Positions 27,852 through 43,334 of a stretch of 64,000 nt of DNA are shown one piece after another. Both the position numbers and the translations under genes were made by a program. The notes below the pieces were generated by a model. The model had not been told where the DNA came from. It saw only the letters and a program-made list of their open reading frames with translations, and ran no database searches. The number at the start of each line of letters is the position of its first letter. Within the stretch, counting starts at the first letter, position 1. This stretch comes from Chrysomallon squamiferum (Eukaryota > Animalia > Mollusca): assembly GCA_012295275.1 (NCBI GenBank), contig CM022678.1, positions 9,982,001 to 10,046,000 of the forward strand, in the 5' to 3' direction.

Positions 27852-29281
27852 CAGCTAAAAAGGGAGGTCACATTTCAGTTCTGAGTTCTGTTTGTGAGAG
27901 TCTAAAATCCTACAAAGAAATTCTTCAGACAGAGATGGATGATAAGATTGAGCAACTTCGCCAAGCCGTCGACATCAACGTCGTGGACACCACAGAAGAG
28001 GTCAGAAGGATTGGTAACACACTAATCACAGATTTCACAGCCGCAGTCCACAAAGAACAAGACAGGCTAATAAGAGAAATAGAAAAATCTCAGAACTTTG
28101 TAAACTCAGAAATAGAAAATTGTTTAATGAACACAAACATCTGATTGATGAAAATGAAAAGTTTATAAAACTTGGTGAGGGTTTGTTAAAAGAAAAATCA
28201 GAGTCAGACATAAAAACAAATCTTCCAAAATTCACCGAACTTCAAAACACAACTTCAAAGTTTCTGTCAAATTCTCTTTCACAAATAGAAAAAGCAGAAT
28301 TCAAAATAAATCTCAGAAAATCTGATAAAAAGAAAGAAATTTCTGTACACATTGGTGAAATTAACACAAACATCCAAACAGACACACAGATAGACAGACA
28401 GACAGACACACTCAAACACACAGACACCATTAACACAGAAACACAACACACAGACACACAGATAGACAAACAGACAGACACACTCAAACACACAGACACC
28501 ATTAACATAAAAACACAAGAAGATAAAAAAAATCCTTCTGTGTCTTCCATCCTGGTGTCAGGTGAGGACAAGAGTAAAATTGTTGTTAGTGATTGTTCCA
28601 ATAAATGTGTAAAATGTTTTTGTTTAACAAAGAAAATCACTGATAAACAAACACGTGACTTCCACTGGTCCATGCGGTCTTGCTGAGTCACGTGGTCAGC
28701 AGGGTGATGTTGTTGTTGTCGTTGCTCTGCCAGATGAAAATAAAATATTGTTTTTAAATTTGGAAAACTTCAAACTGATAAAAACAATTACAACTGGTAA
28801 AAAGTATCAGTTTATCTCTGTGTTACCTGGCAACCGTCTCGCGGTCACTGGTGGGTGGTCTAATCAGTGCTTGGACATACTGACAGACAGTGGTCAGCTC
28901 ATTAATTCTATCTCAACAGATTTGATCCCCAGTCCGTGCAGTCTCACAGTTCACGATCAATGTCTGATTGTTGTGTCACAGAGAGAAAACAGTTTATTTT
29001 GTGTGACGTCATCAGGTGACGTCAAATGGAAGTCACGTGATTCAGACAAACTGAGAGACTTGAGAGGTGTTACATGTGACAGGGAGGGAAATATTTTTGT
29101 TTGTGATTTTGAAATAGAAATTGTGTTGTTCAGCTGTCTCGAGATGGTAACATTACACGTGACATCCTCACTGACCAGGATGGACTGTCCAGACCTTGTG
29201 TGTGTCTGTTGTGATGACAACAAACTCTACGTGGCACAGTTTAACAATGAAATAAAAATATTTACGTGGTGTAAAAAGTAA
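27285..29281 (+). pseudogene. TRIM-like RING / coiled-coil / NHL-like beta-propeller gene, copy 2 (exons 27285-27570 and 27855-29281), four frameshifting indels as assembled
   Basis: C3HC4 RING (CSLC...CGHSFCLKC...CPFC) followed by WAAQFSINKSL. Intron 27571-27854 (GTGAGT...tttcag), phase 1 and in frame. Propeller motifs IVVSDCSNKCVKCF, PCGLA, GVTCDREGNIFVCD. Frameshifts near 28118, 28630, 29112 and 29198 relative to the other copies. Confidence 0.85.
28378..28521 (+). repeat. Coding 72-bp (24-aa) tandem duplication in the TRIM linker
   Basis: TDTQIDRQTDTLKHTDTINTETQH followed by TDTQIDKQTDTLKHTDTINIKTQE, in (AC)-rich DNA. Also at ~49952-50095 and, degenerate, at ~5575-5725. Confidence 0.9.
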
Positions 29282-29558
29282 ACTTCAAACTGTCTGCTAA
29301 GTTAGTTTCACTGAACTGTTTTGAAGTTGAAAGTCCACAGACATTTCTTTCTGATAAATAAACAGAAAATCAATTATTTATTTATTATAAAGTAATTAAT
29401 TTAGTTAATTTGTTTACTTTCTTTATTTTTACTTTTAAATATGTTATTTATTTATTATGAATTACTTTATCGTTTAAACTTGCTAAATTACAAAATAGAT
29501 TTCACTTTAAAACAGACTCTGATTTACTTTTGAAATTTTCACCAAGTTTTGTCATTTT

Positions 29559-29666
<108 letters not shown>

Positions 29667-30215
29667 ACATCTAAATTATTCTATTATTTTGTATAGTAGT
29701 TTATTTCAAAGATTGTTTTATTTAAAATATATTTGTTCATAATACTACAATGAAAACAGACAAAAGTGCAATAAAATATTTATATTGTAATAAATAAAAT
29801 TCTTCTGTCTTTATTTCATTTAAATTTTAAAACTGTTTTACATTGTTTCATGATCTCTTTGACTGTATAGCTACTTATATTCTCACCTAACTGAATGTAC
29901 TGTCTGTATGTCTGTCTGTATAATATAAGTAATGTAGATAATATCAGTGTAGAACAAAGTAGTTCACTGATGAGATTTCTTATAAATTAATTATTAACAG
30001 CTAATACAAATTATTTTTATTCTGCTTGACATATTTTATAAATTTCTCTCTTAGACATGAAGTTAAGTTTAATTTTTAATTTATTTATTTTTAATCCGAA
30101 GAAAGAAATAAACAAATAAAAGGAAACAAGAGAAAAGAGACACACACACACACATACACACATACACAAATACACACATACATACACACACACACATACA
30201 CACACACACACATAC

Positions 30216-30273
<58 letters not shown>

Positions 30274-30278
30274 ACACA

Positions 30279-30318
<40 letters not shown>

Positions 30319-30393
30319 TACACATACACATACAGCCACACACACACACACACATACACACACAAATACACACACACACACATACATACACAC

Positions 30394-30473
<80 letters not shown>

Positions 30474-31917
30474 TACACACATACACACATACACACACAT
30501 ACACACACAAAATAAACATAAACAGAGACACACAACACACACACACACACACACATACAAACTGTTGTTTTAATACACACATGTTACACAAATTCGTCTT
30601 CTTATTATTATTATTATTATAACATATTATCATTATTATGACTATTACATACAGACATACACACACACACACACATATACACAGATAACACACACACAAA
30701 CATACATACACACACACACACATATATACACAAATACACACATCCAGACACATATAAAATACACACAAAATAAAATTAAATCAGAAAAACAACACACACA
30801 CACACATATGTACATAAACTGTTGTTTTTAATGACAATGTTGGCTTTTTTCTTCTTCGTCTTATTGTTGTTATTATTATTATTATAACTATTATCATTAT
30901 TATGACTATTATTACAAATTACAGACATACACACACACAAAGTATACTTACATAGATACAAACACACATAACATAATGGATAAAGATAAAACACACACAC
31001 AAAGTATACTTACATAGATACACACACACACTGATACACATAATAGAGATAAAGATAAAACACACACAAAGTATACTTACATAGATACAAACACACACTG
31101 ATACACATAATGGAGAAAAAGATAAAACACACACAAAGTATACTTACATAGATACACACACACACACACTGATACACATAATAGAGATAAAGAAAAACAC
31201 ACACAAAGTATACTTACATAGATACACACACACACACTGATACACATAATGGAGATAAAGATAAAACACGCACAAAGTATACTTACATAGATACACACAC
31301 ACACACTGATACACATAATGGAGATAAAGTCAAAACACGCACAAAGTATACTTATATAAATACACACACAGTGATACACATAAAGTACATAAAAGTCAAA
31401 ACATGCACACAAGTATAGTTATTTTGATGCACACACAATGATACACCTAATGTAGAATATAATGTAGATAAAACACGTACAAAATATACTTACATAGGTA
31501 CACACACATAATACTAAATCTTAACACTAAGTACCTCGTCATTCACATTGATGAAATCTTTAATGTCAATGAACTTACAAAAGTATACTTATGTGCTAAG
31601 ACTGATTTTAAAGATAACAAAATATAACTTTGTTTCTTACATGTTTAATGCACACACTTTAATAAACTTTGAGAAAAAGCAACTCTGTCAAAACGAAAAC
31701 AACATTTGATATCAATACATTTGATTAGTTCTTAAAAGTCCATGAGTTCTTAAAGGTCCGTGAGAGATGTATGTTAGTATGTTAGTGAGCGTGTGTTTTT
31801 GTGTGAGAGCGATGGTATAATAATTTGTGTATACATCATTGTATATGTTTATGTATATGTACACCTCTCTGTGTATATGAGTATATGTGTGTCTCAATGT
31901 ATGTGTATGTATGTATG

Positions 31918-31948
<31 letters not shown>

Positions 31949-32229
31949 GTATATATATATATATGTATATATATGTATATATATATGAAGCATTATTAGT
32001 AACATAACCACCAATATTGCATCTACTAGCACTACGATAACGATCACCTAAATAACATTATGACTACCACAACGACTGTTGTTTCCAATACCCACCATAC
32101 TAGTTCCACCACAACTACTGCTACTGTAACCACCATTACTATTACAGCCACTAATACTATTACTACAACTACTACTACTACTACTACTTGTACCAATATT
32201 GCGAATGCTATTTTTGCTGTTTATTACCA

Positions 32230-32279
<50 letters not shown>

Positions 32280-32596
32280 GACTGCTATGACGACTGCACA
32301 TAACACTAATAAGAAAAACACAGCTGCAAAATGAAAGAGAGGGAAACGTTTTGTTTCTAAAATTATTTACCAGTGTAACCCATGCTAAACACTCAGAAAA
32401 TAAAATACGAGTATGTTTTATCAGTTTTATTTTTTAAGCTAATAATTTTACAGTGTGTAATTATTTTTATTTTTATTAGCAATATTAGTATTAGTATTAA
32501 TGAGAATGTAAAAGATTTCGCTGGCATTTCAGTTAAAACACATTTTTGTATTTTTCAACTGAAAGACTGATTTAATATTTGACTAAAGACCCACAC

Positions 32597-33500
<904 letters not shown>

Positions 33501-33695
33501 CCGTTGTACGAGTACGTTTATTTGCACACACAACGTGACACATGGAAACAGGTAACAGTTAATTACTTTATTCCTAGTTGTACACTGCTAACGATCAGAT
33601 TATGAAAACATAAATTAATATCACTTTTTCATGTCAAAGATTCTTTTTGTTTCTTTTTATTTTGCATAAACAGTTTTATTTATTACAATTTTATC

Positions 33696-33786
<91 letters not shown>

Positions 33787-34045
33787 TGGATGGACCTGAA
33801 AGATAAATAGTAAAAATTGCTTCATAATTCTCTTTTCTTTTTTTTTAATCGAAGAAAATGTAAGTATTTTACCTTGTAAAATAATAAAACAGATATTAAA
33901 AAGCTGCATCCTTTGTTCTTTTGATATCGTAGATCAATTTAAAATCCGTGTTTTATTTTATTTTTCATGTAGCACCTTATGCCAATTTCTGTTTGTATTT
34001 TCTTCTTTGTTTTCCCTTCTGTATATTTATCTCTTTATTCATTTC

Positions 34046-34084
<39 letters not shown>

Positions 34085-34856
34085 TCTTCTTGTTTCTTGC
34101 TTTATTTTATTTATTAATTTTAGTTTGTTATTCCGTATTATTTTGGAAATAAGTTAATTAATCAAACGAGAAATAATCGAGTAATGCGCAGAAACAAAGA
34201 CATCTGTCATTAAGTGTGATTTGTAAAACGTTTTCATATCTGTCTGTTTTCTAATTTATTTTGTTTGTAATCAACACAAATGTTACAAACGATCTGAAAG
34301 CAGCAGACGTTCTTACTTTCAGGAATAAATATATAAATACTGCAAAAATGAGCGAATTAATTAATGCATGCCCTGAAACACATTTGTTACTTGTATTGTT
34401 TTCCAGCTAGCGTAATACACATATTGATCAGTATATTTATTTGGGTTACAGCTACGAGTCAAAAGTTTTCACTTAAAAAAGACTGTGCTATGTAACACGA
34501 CCTTTTCCAAGAACAAAATGTTTTGTTGTTGATAGTAATAAATGGTTGTGACCGCTAAGCAGGTTTTCCAGCGTCAAAACAGTGGACTGCTAGTACTAGT
34601 TATAGACTTGTAATAAATAAAGAAATAATAAAATAAAATAAGTAAAATTAAAAATGCTCGTTATATTAATGTGTCGACGACGCAAACATATTTTTTCGCG
34701 TTAGGTTAATTTCATGTTTTACGTGTTTATTACGCGGTATTATATCGAAACAAAACCAGTTTAAACTATGATAAATGTATTTTAACTGAAATACTTTTCA
34801 AATAAAGATAGTTTTCAGTACAGAAACCATGTTATGTAATATGTTGTTGATTTATA

Positions 34857-34990
34857 CAGTGGAACCTCGAGTTACGAACTTAACTGGTTCAAGAATTCGG
34901 TTCGTAAACCGAACTGTATGTAAACCGAAGCGATGTCAGACACAGGAACGTCGCTCTCATGTTTTGCAATTATATCTTTCTTAACCTCTC
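34857..34990 (-). mobile_element. Tigger/pogo remnant, shorter paralog in unit B
   Basis: Same TA-CAGTGGAACCTCG end. Minus strand reads EVKKDIIAKHESDVPVSDIA. Confidence 0.72.
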
Positions 34991-35015
34991 CTGTGACACA
35001 TTCATACTGTGAGAG

Positions 35016-35070
<55 letters not shown>

Positions 35071-35298
35071 TGTGAAATGAGGAATGAGTACGTACGTGTA
35101 AATCAGAGTGGATAGAAGAGCTGTTTAATTGTGAAAATGTTAACATGTTTATTATGTGATTACATCATTATTCATCTGTGTATTTCACACAACACTTCCT
35201 TACGGTATGTCAGAGAAAATGAATAAAATGAATAATAACTAAATAAAAATTTAAAAATATTTTATATTATGTTTCCACCTAGTTTTAGTGTGAGATAA

Positions 35299-35606
35299 CA
35301 GCCCATAGATTCCTATGTACAGCAGAGTCTTCCCTTACTCTGTTACGTCAATGTCTCCAAAATCTACACAGTAATCAGCCCATAGATTCCTATGTACAAC
35401 TCAGTCTTCCCTTACTCTGTTACGTCAATGTCTCCAGAATCTACACGGTAATCAGCACATAGATTCCTATGTACAGCTCAGTATTCCCTTACTCTGTTAC
35501 GTCAATGTCTCCAAAATCTACACAGTAATCAGCCCATAGATTCCTATGTACAACTCAGTCTTCCCTTACTCTGTTACGTCAATGTCTTCAAAATCTACAC
35601 GGTAAT
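35299..35606. repeat. 77-bp minisatellite, ~4 units
   Basis: Unit cagcccatagattcctatgtacaactcagtcttcccttactctgttacgtcaatgtctccaaaatctacacagtaat. Confidence 0.95.
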
Positions 35607-35656
35607 CCAGAGCTTCAACAGTCCTGATGTCAACAGCTATGAAGGTTTCTGTTGTT
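35570..35656 (-). other. Putative 87-nt exon (paralog 60004-60090)
   Basis: gaacag acceptor and GTAAGG donor; open phase-2 frame TTETFIAVDIRTVEALDYRVDFEDIDVT. Confidence 0.45.
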
Positions 35657-35739
35657 CTGTTCAGAATATTTAATAATGATTATCTGAACAAAATATTTTC
35701 ATTTATTTTAGACATTCCAGAAAGGTGTTGGTTAATGAT

Positions 35740-36116
35740 GAAGTTATTGATACTGGGTGATGTTGTTGATAATAGAGTTATTGATATTGGTTGATAATGA
35801 AGTTATTGATACTGGGTGATGTTGTTGATAATAGAGTTACTGATATTGGTTGATAATGAAGTTATTGATACTGGGTGATGTTGTTGATAATAGAGTTACT
35901 GTTATTGGTTGATAATGACAACTGTAGTTATTGATACTGGGTGATGTTTTTGATATAAAGAGGAACTGATGGATTGGTTGATTTAATGAAGTTATTAAGT
36001 TTTTTTTACTGGGTGATGATGTTGATACTAGAGTTATTGATATTGGTTGATAATGAACTTATTGATACTGGGTGATGTTGATAATAGAGTTACTGATATT
36101 GGTTGATAATGAAGTT
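35740..36116. repeat. 59-bp minisatellite, ~6 partly degenerate units (~2.3 units at 60175-60312)
   Basis: Unit gaagttattgatactgggtgatgttgttgataatagagttattgatattggttgataat. Confidence 0.85.
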
Positions 36117-37359
36117 ATGATTTAATGTTTTAATCTAATGGACAAAGTCTAATGAAAAATATAAATCAAATTTTGAAACTGTTTGTATTCGTTTAGTTTA
36201 AATAAAAACGTCAATTACGTCAATTTGTTTTTCAGTGCAAATAAAAAAATACTTTGATGTAAAAATATAAGAAAATAAATATAGAAAAATTAAACGAAAG
36301 ACGAAGAATGATTGAATACGAGATAATTATTAGAAGAGAATAATGAAAAAACGATTGAGAAGAAAATAAGAAAAAGAGAAAGAAAGATGAGAAAATAAAA
36401 TGAACAGAAGACAATAAAATAAAATAAAAGTTAAACACATTAGTAATAATACTACTAATAATAAATAAATAAATAAATAAATAAAAGAAATTAAAAATAA
36501 AGGAGAAAGTTCAGGAAAAAAGAAAGAAGAAATATAAAAGCAGGTCAAGGTTGCAATGTTTGTTTCACTGTCTTTAGTGCGCGAGTTTCTTCACGTATTA
36601 ATAAAACCTAAAGTTAACTTAAAAAAATAAATAAAATAAAATAAAAAGGAAATGCGTGAATGTACAAATAAGACATTATCAGCATGTTATACACTGTGTT
36701 ACAATTAAAAACTTTGTATTCTGTATGGAGTGAATGTGTTCATAGTCTCTTTAAGTAAATTTATATATACTGTTTAAAAAAGTAAGGTGCTCTAATAATG
36801 ATTTTACAATTCAGAAATTTGTATGTAAGTTAACTGTGGGGAACGGCAATAAATATTATTAAATAAATGAAGGATCGGAACGAGTTTCATCGTCTGCATA
36901 AAAATGACTAAAAACAAAACGATAATAACTGTATCATCAATAGAATGAAAACAACAAAAACAGCAACATTGTAATTGTCCATAGAGATTAAACACATTCC
37001 TGAAAATTGTCAAAATCCACAATAGCAGCTCTACTACACACACCAACATATACTTGCAATTTGTGATGCACGTGCGAAGTATGAAATTTGACAAACGGAC
37101 GTGGAAACGTATGTGAAAATAATATTTTCAGGTTCCCCCAAATTCGTTTGTAGAGTATATTAAATGAAAACGAAACAATAAATAAATGACAATAATAATA
37201 ACAATATAATGACAATAATAAGAAGAGAAAACAAGAATTTGTTTTTCACAGTTATACATATATATATAAATATAAAAATAATTTCTTGTTCTTGGGTTTT
37301 ATTATTATTATTATTACTACTATTATTATTATAAAACAGTTATAATTAAGATTACTCAC

Positions 37360-37477
37360 AGCACACTCAGTGTCTGTTTTGTTGGTGGTGAGGCTAAGGA
37401 AAATCACTGTTGTGTTAGAACACAAGCCAAACACAGTTCCGAAATGCCCAGGTCCAAAACTGTTTCCGATAAATTTA
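37360..37477 (-). other. Putative exon truncated by the gap
   Basis: Only one open frame, KFIGNSFGPGHFGTVFGLCSNTTVIFLSLTTNKTDTECA, ending at a GTGAGT donor. Confidence 0.35.
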
Positions 37478-37677
37478 NNNNNNNNNNNNNNNNNNNNNNN
37501 NNNNNNNNNNNNNNNNNNNNNNNNNNNNNNNNNNNNNNNNNNNNNNNNNNNNNNNNNNNNNNNNNNNNNNNNNNNNNNNNNNNNNNNNNNNNNNNNNNNN
37601 NNNNNNNNNNNNNNNNNNNNNNNNNNNNNNNNNNNNNNNNNNNNNNNNNNNNNNNNNNNNNNNNNNNNNNNNNNNNN
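37478..37677. other. Assembly gap (200 N)
   Basis: Run of 200 N. Confidence 0.99.
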
Positions 37678-40530
37678 TGCCAATATAATTAAATAATTAA
37701 AATTCTCTTTCACGGGAAAATACGTGATGACGAACTCTTAAAGGTAGTTTTTAAAATTTAGAATTAAATAATAAGCTTTATCGAGTTTTGTTTAACAAAC
37801 AAAGAATGTTTTAAAATGTATCAGTCTAAGCCGGCTTCCCTTGCTCTTTGATTTCGATTATTTCATTGATATCTACAGGAATCTAATACTTTGTAAACTT
37901 TGCACAGTCCGGTGGGCCCTTTTATGAAATGGAGGTTACTGAACATCGAAATCCTGACCTTGCTTTGACAAGTTTTTGCCAGCGGGATACGGATAGATAT
38001 TTTTCTCACTTGTTTTGGTTCTGTCATTTTGCAGTGTAATCTGTGGAAACCCACATTCCTCTGTAGTCAGTGTAACATTCGATACCCAGCACTTCAGTAT
38101 TAAATTAAACAAGATTTATTTCTGATGACGTAGTATTTTATCTGTGTCACGCGCTGGTTCTGAGTCATGTGATCAGCTGATTGTTGTCGTTCAGCCAGGA
38201 AAGAAAACAATTTTCTTACAAGTATCAGATCCGTACCTGAGTTAAATCATAGATGGGGGCTTACTGTTGTGTATTAAATATCATTTTACCACTAATTATT
38301 ATTTTATGTAATAACATTCGGGATATATGAATGACAATAATCACAAACATAGAGGTTTGACCCGAACTGAATAAACATCATCTGCTAACGTATGTTTCTA
38401 TTTTATCTTGCGAAAAAAGGCTACATGGAAAATAATAATAAATAAAATAAATAAGTAAATAAATGATAAAAAGATGGTACAGAAGCAACAACTACTAATA
38501 TTAAAACTAATACTTATACTAACTGTACTCTGTTACCACCTCTACTACCTAATACTAATACTTTTACTATCATTATCACCAAAAGTATACTACTGCGGAT
38601 AACAGTAAATCTTTTAATTCCTTTTGTTATTTTACTTTATTTAATTAATTAATTATTTATTTATTTATTTATAACTAATGTTTTTGCAGTGCACCTGAAT
38701 TAATTTTGTCATACTCTTATGAGAGCGTGAGTTCAAAATGTGACTAAACAAAGTCAAGTATGTTTAGCCTCGGTAAACAAACAGAAAGTAAACTTCTATT
38801 AAACTGAACTTGCTGGCTATGAACACTGGCGTGTCTGTGTGTACACGTAACTAAATGCATATTTCTTTTTACGTCTAAACCTGTATTTCGTTTCTTTCTT
38901 TCTCTTAATTATACCCAGTCTCATCCAGTTGGTCCTTCAATTTTAGATTTGGATTTTTCCAATGGTTGTGTGTATGTGTGCGTGTGTATATGTAAGAGTG
39001 TAAACGTATTTGTGTATCTTCTATGTGGTTGTATGTCTGTGTGTTTATGCGTGCGCTGTGTGTATGTGTTTGTGTGTATGTGTTTGTTTGTATTTGTTTG
39101 TGTGTATGTGTGTTGGTGTACAGTTTGTGTCTGTGTGCGTTGTTTGTATTCTGTATGGATGTGTATGCGTGTGTGTTGTGTTTGTAGATCTGTATATGTG
39201 TCTGCTGTGTATGTATATGTATATATGTGTATTTATTTCTGTTGTGTGTGTATGTATGTGTATATGTATGTGTATATGTGTTCTATATGTATGTGTAGGT
39301 GTGTAACTTAAAACATCTTCCTTTTCCCTCGAGTATTTTATTCAATGTGATTAATGATATATCTAAGAAATACCCTCATTCCAGCTAGTTTATCACTGAA
39401 ACTTTAAACAAATATAAATACAAAATATAATACTAATACTAATAGTCTCTCTGACAGAAAATAATAACTTTTACTCACTTAGATTTGTTACACAGTTATA
39501 ACCACACACACACACATACACACACACATTCACACATAAAAGTCACTTTATATATATTTTATTATTTGTAGGTTAGCATTTATACAAACTGAGCGAGATA
39601 AGTATAAGTACATAAATTACATTCAGAAATATTAATATGTATACATACTGTCGACTATTAGATCGGAAAATTAGTTTAATACTGACATAACGTGACCAAT
39701 TGCACGTATGTGTTGTATTTGTTTAATTGTAATGTATTTTATTTCTTTATTTAACAAGTCGATTTATCTAAATCATCTTTCTATGTGGAGTATGTTCTCG
39801 TGAAGAAATATGTCATTATAAAACACTCGTAACTTGTTTTATTGTTCACACCAGCAAACAAACAACATAGTAAATTTCGCTTCAGTAAACAAATAAAATG
39901 TTATCTGAACCAATTTCAAATTAGGTTATGCGGTGAATGGAGAGTTGAAAAGCTACATAAATAAAAAAAATAAAACAAATAAAACAAAAAAGAAAGAAAG
40001 GTAGAAACGGAAGAAGAAAAACTTCCTTTGTTCGTCAGTGAAACAAAATCTTATCTTTATTGTCCTTACAGTGGCCATATTAAGATATTTTTATTTTATT
40101 TATTATTATTTTTTACCCCTAGACGCTCTTAACTGAGAAAAAGTCGGATATTTCACTTTGTCATTTCGACCTTTTCTTTCCAGGGAAAAAATATGTGTGT
40201 GATAAATTTTGCCCAGTAAAGAAAAGTTCGATATATATATATATATATTTTTTATATATATATATATAACAAAAGAAAACAAAACACAATGCCTTTGTAA
40301 GAAAAAACAGAAGGTAACAGCAACGTGTTAAAATAAATTACGTTTTTGTTTGTAAATTTATTGACGTAGCTGTAGATAAATAAAAATGCGAATCAGCTGC
40401 ACATTATCACCACGTTTCACATACTGATTTTATCGGGAAATCAATTTAATTATACTGTCAGAAAATAATAATTTTACTCAGTGAGATTTCTTTCACACAC
40501 ACACACACACAGACGTATGTGCATGTGTAT

Positions 40531-40593
<63 letters not shown>

Positions 40594-40959
40594 TTATAAA
40601 AATAATACAATTTTAATTACAATAATACTTGTTTGCGTATATTTGTGATATTTTATTATTTTTATTCATATCACTTGTGTGCACCTGAATGAATCTGACA
40701 TATATAAACTAATTAATTAAATATATTATAATATATAGTACATATTTCATTAATTGACTAATCTAAACATACTGTTTGTTTATATGCGTGAAACAGAGAG
40801 GAGTTCTTAAGTGTTTGACAATGTCAGGTTCATTGAAGTGACACAAGAGAGATATGATTAAAACTAAAATAACATCACAAATATACGCAAACTCTAAGTA
40901 TAATTGTAATTTGTATTTTCAGAAAAAGAAACAACGGTAGCTAATATATAGAGGGAAAA

Positions 40960-41013
<54 letters not shown>

Positions 41014-41426
41014 GCGTACGTGACTAAAAACATGCGCTATCTTGGTGTCCTGTTTTTCATTGCTATTCATTATTTATATATCTTACAAAAGAAGGCATCG
41101 ATTACCGCTGGTATGTAACTGTAGAAGTGTATACAGGATCTGTTTTGGGTGTAGAAGTGTATTATCTTTCTGTCATCTCCAACAAACCTGCAAATCGGGT
41201 TTCACTTTATGACAAGATGAAAAAATTGAGACGGTTTTACTCAGAGACGCTACTATCATTTTTACCTGAACGAAAGTCTAAGATTTCATTATGTCGTTTT
41301 GACCTTTACTTTCCTCTCCTACTCTCATACATAGCTTCACGTTACGTTATATTTAAGAAACAATATGTATACATATATTACTTTATTTTTATTTTTAAAT
41401 TATTATTATTATTATTGTTATTGTTA

Positions 41427-41468
<42 letters not shown>

Positions 41469-41756
41469 TTATTATCTTTTAAAGTAACAAAGAAATAAAT
41501 GTTCGATTCGACGAATTCAGTAGTTTGCTTAATTACAATGATACATCGTCGTGTAGACTTGAACGTTCACTGCGGATCCACTAAGTATTTCCACGTCACA
41601 TCCAGTACCAGTGAAAACCATCGATGTTTTATCCTTGGAAGTTTCTCTTTAAAAGGGTTTCCTCTCAAGACATTGTCCAAATAAAGTTAGCAGCTGTTAA
41701 TAAGTTGTTAATAACCCTATTTTGTACCAGTTATATTCTACCACTGCTACTACTAC

Positions 41757-41825
<69 letters not shown>

Positions 41826-42013
41826 GGCACTCTGTAAACTAACTAAACTCATTCTATAATCACGTATTAAGCTATGCATTATAAAGCAGCGAATCGACAG
41901 ACAGGGTAAACTCATGTTTGAACTGTATGAAGGTTTCAGCCCTCCACTATTGCTGGATTTCACGGATAAAACACTTTAGATGGCCATGATCACAACTAGT
42001 TGCTTTTTGGTGC

Positions 42014-42049
<36 letters not shown>

Positions 42050-42090
42050 TTAAATCAGCGAAAACCAATGCTTCACGACTAGTATACCAA

Positions 42091-42269
<179 letters not shown>

Positions 42270-42400
42270 TCGTAAAAAGCATTCTGCTAACTGTCAGTTT
42301 CCAACAAGAAAATAAAAGCACGCAAAAAATGAATAAAGACAACAAACAAACAAAAACAAAAAGCACGTGCTTGATGGCAAATGATGAGTACACTCGGTGT

Positions 42401-42470
42401 ATGTTGTCTCAGTGGTCGAGTGATGTTGTCTCAGTGGTCGAGTGATGTTGTCTCAGTGTTCGAGTGATGT
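42401..42470. repeat. 22-bp tandem repeat x3 (x2 at 18206-18250)
   Basis: Unit atgttgtctcagtggtcgagtg. Confidence 0.85.
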
Positions 42471-43238
42471 CGTCGTCTGTCTAAGAAGTGCGGGGGAATG
42501 GATGTCACACTTTCCAGTCTCGTCAGCAACATCAGACTTTGTGAGAGCACTTCTGTGCTAGTGCCTAGTAATAGCAATTTTCTACTAGCGGATGGTAGCG
42601 GATATTTAAGGTTGTCTTTGTTATAACGTTAAAAACAGAAATCTTTGAGACTGTTTTTCAGTAGATACATTTCTCTTCTGTATACTAGGCATAGATAATC
42701 TTAATAAAGTAATAATGTATATATGTATATAATCTTTTTATTATTATTATTAAGATTGTGAAGTCTGTATATAGCAACTATAAACTAGAAAAAAGTCGTG
42801 TGTGTGTGTGAGTGTGTTTGTGTGTTAGTAATTATAATAAGTAAATAAACTCTGGGTTTTGTATAACAAACATACAAAGTTTAAGAATTGAGATAAAATA
42901 GCTATGACGGTATTTGCTTAACAACCAGAGTTTTAAAATTTTAGAATTAAGATAATTAGCTATGGCGGGTTTTGTGTAACAAACAAACAAAGTTTTAAAA
43001 TGTGTCAGTCTAGGCTGGTTTCTCTTGCTCATTGAATTCTATATTTTCATTGACATCTGCAGTAATCTAATAATTTGTAATCTTTGCACAGTCCGGTGGG
43101 CCCTTTTATGAAATGGAGGTTACTGGCCTCGAAATTCTGACCTTGTTTTGATAAGCGTTTGCCAGCGGGTTAGGGTTAGATTTTTTCTCACTTGTTGAGA
43201 AATTTTGCTGTGTAATCTGTGTCATTAAAGGCGTATAA

Positions 43239-43334
<96 letters not shown>

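Noticed and set aside
28242-28691. Antisense ORFs over TRIM exon 2 (also 5436-5861, 49816-50238)
   Set aside because: Shadow ORFs of the AC-rich coding linker, with inconsistent ends between copies.
28530-29281. Diversity-generating retroelement explanation for the loop variation
   Set aside because: No reverse transcriptase or separate template repeat, and the differences are not adenine-specific and include indels.
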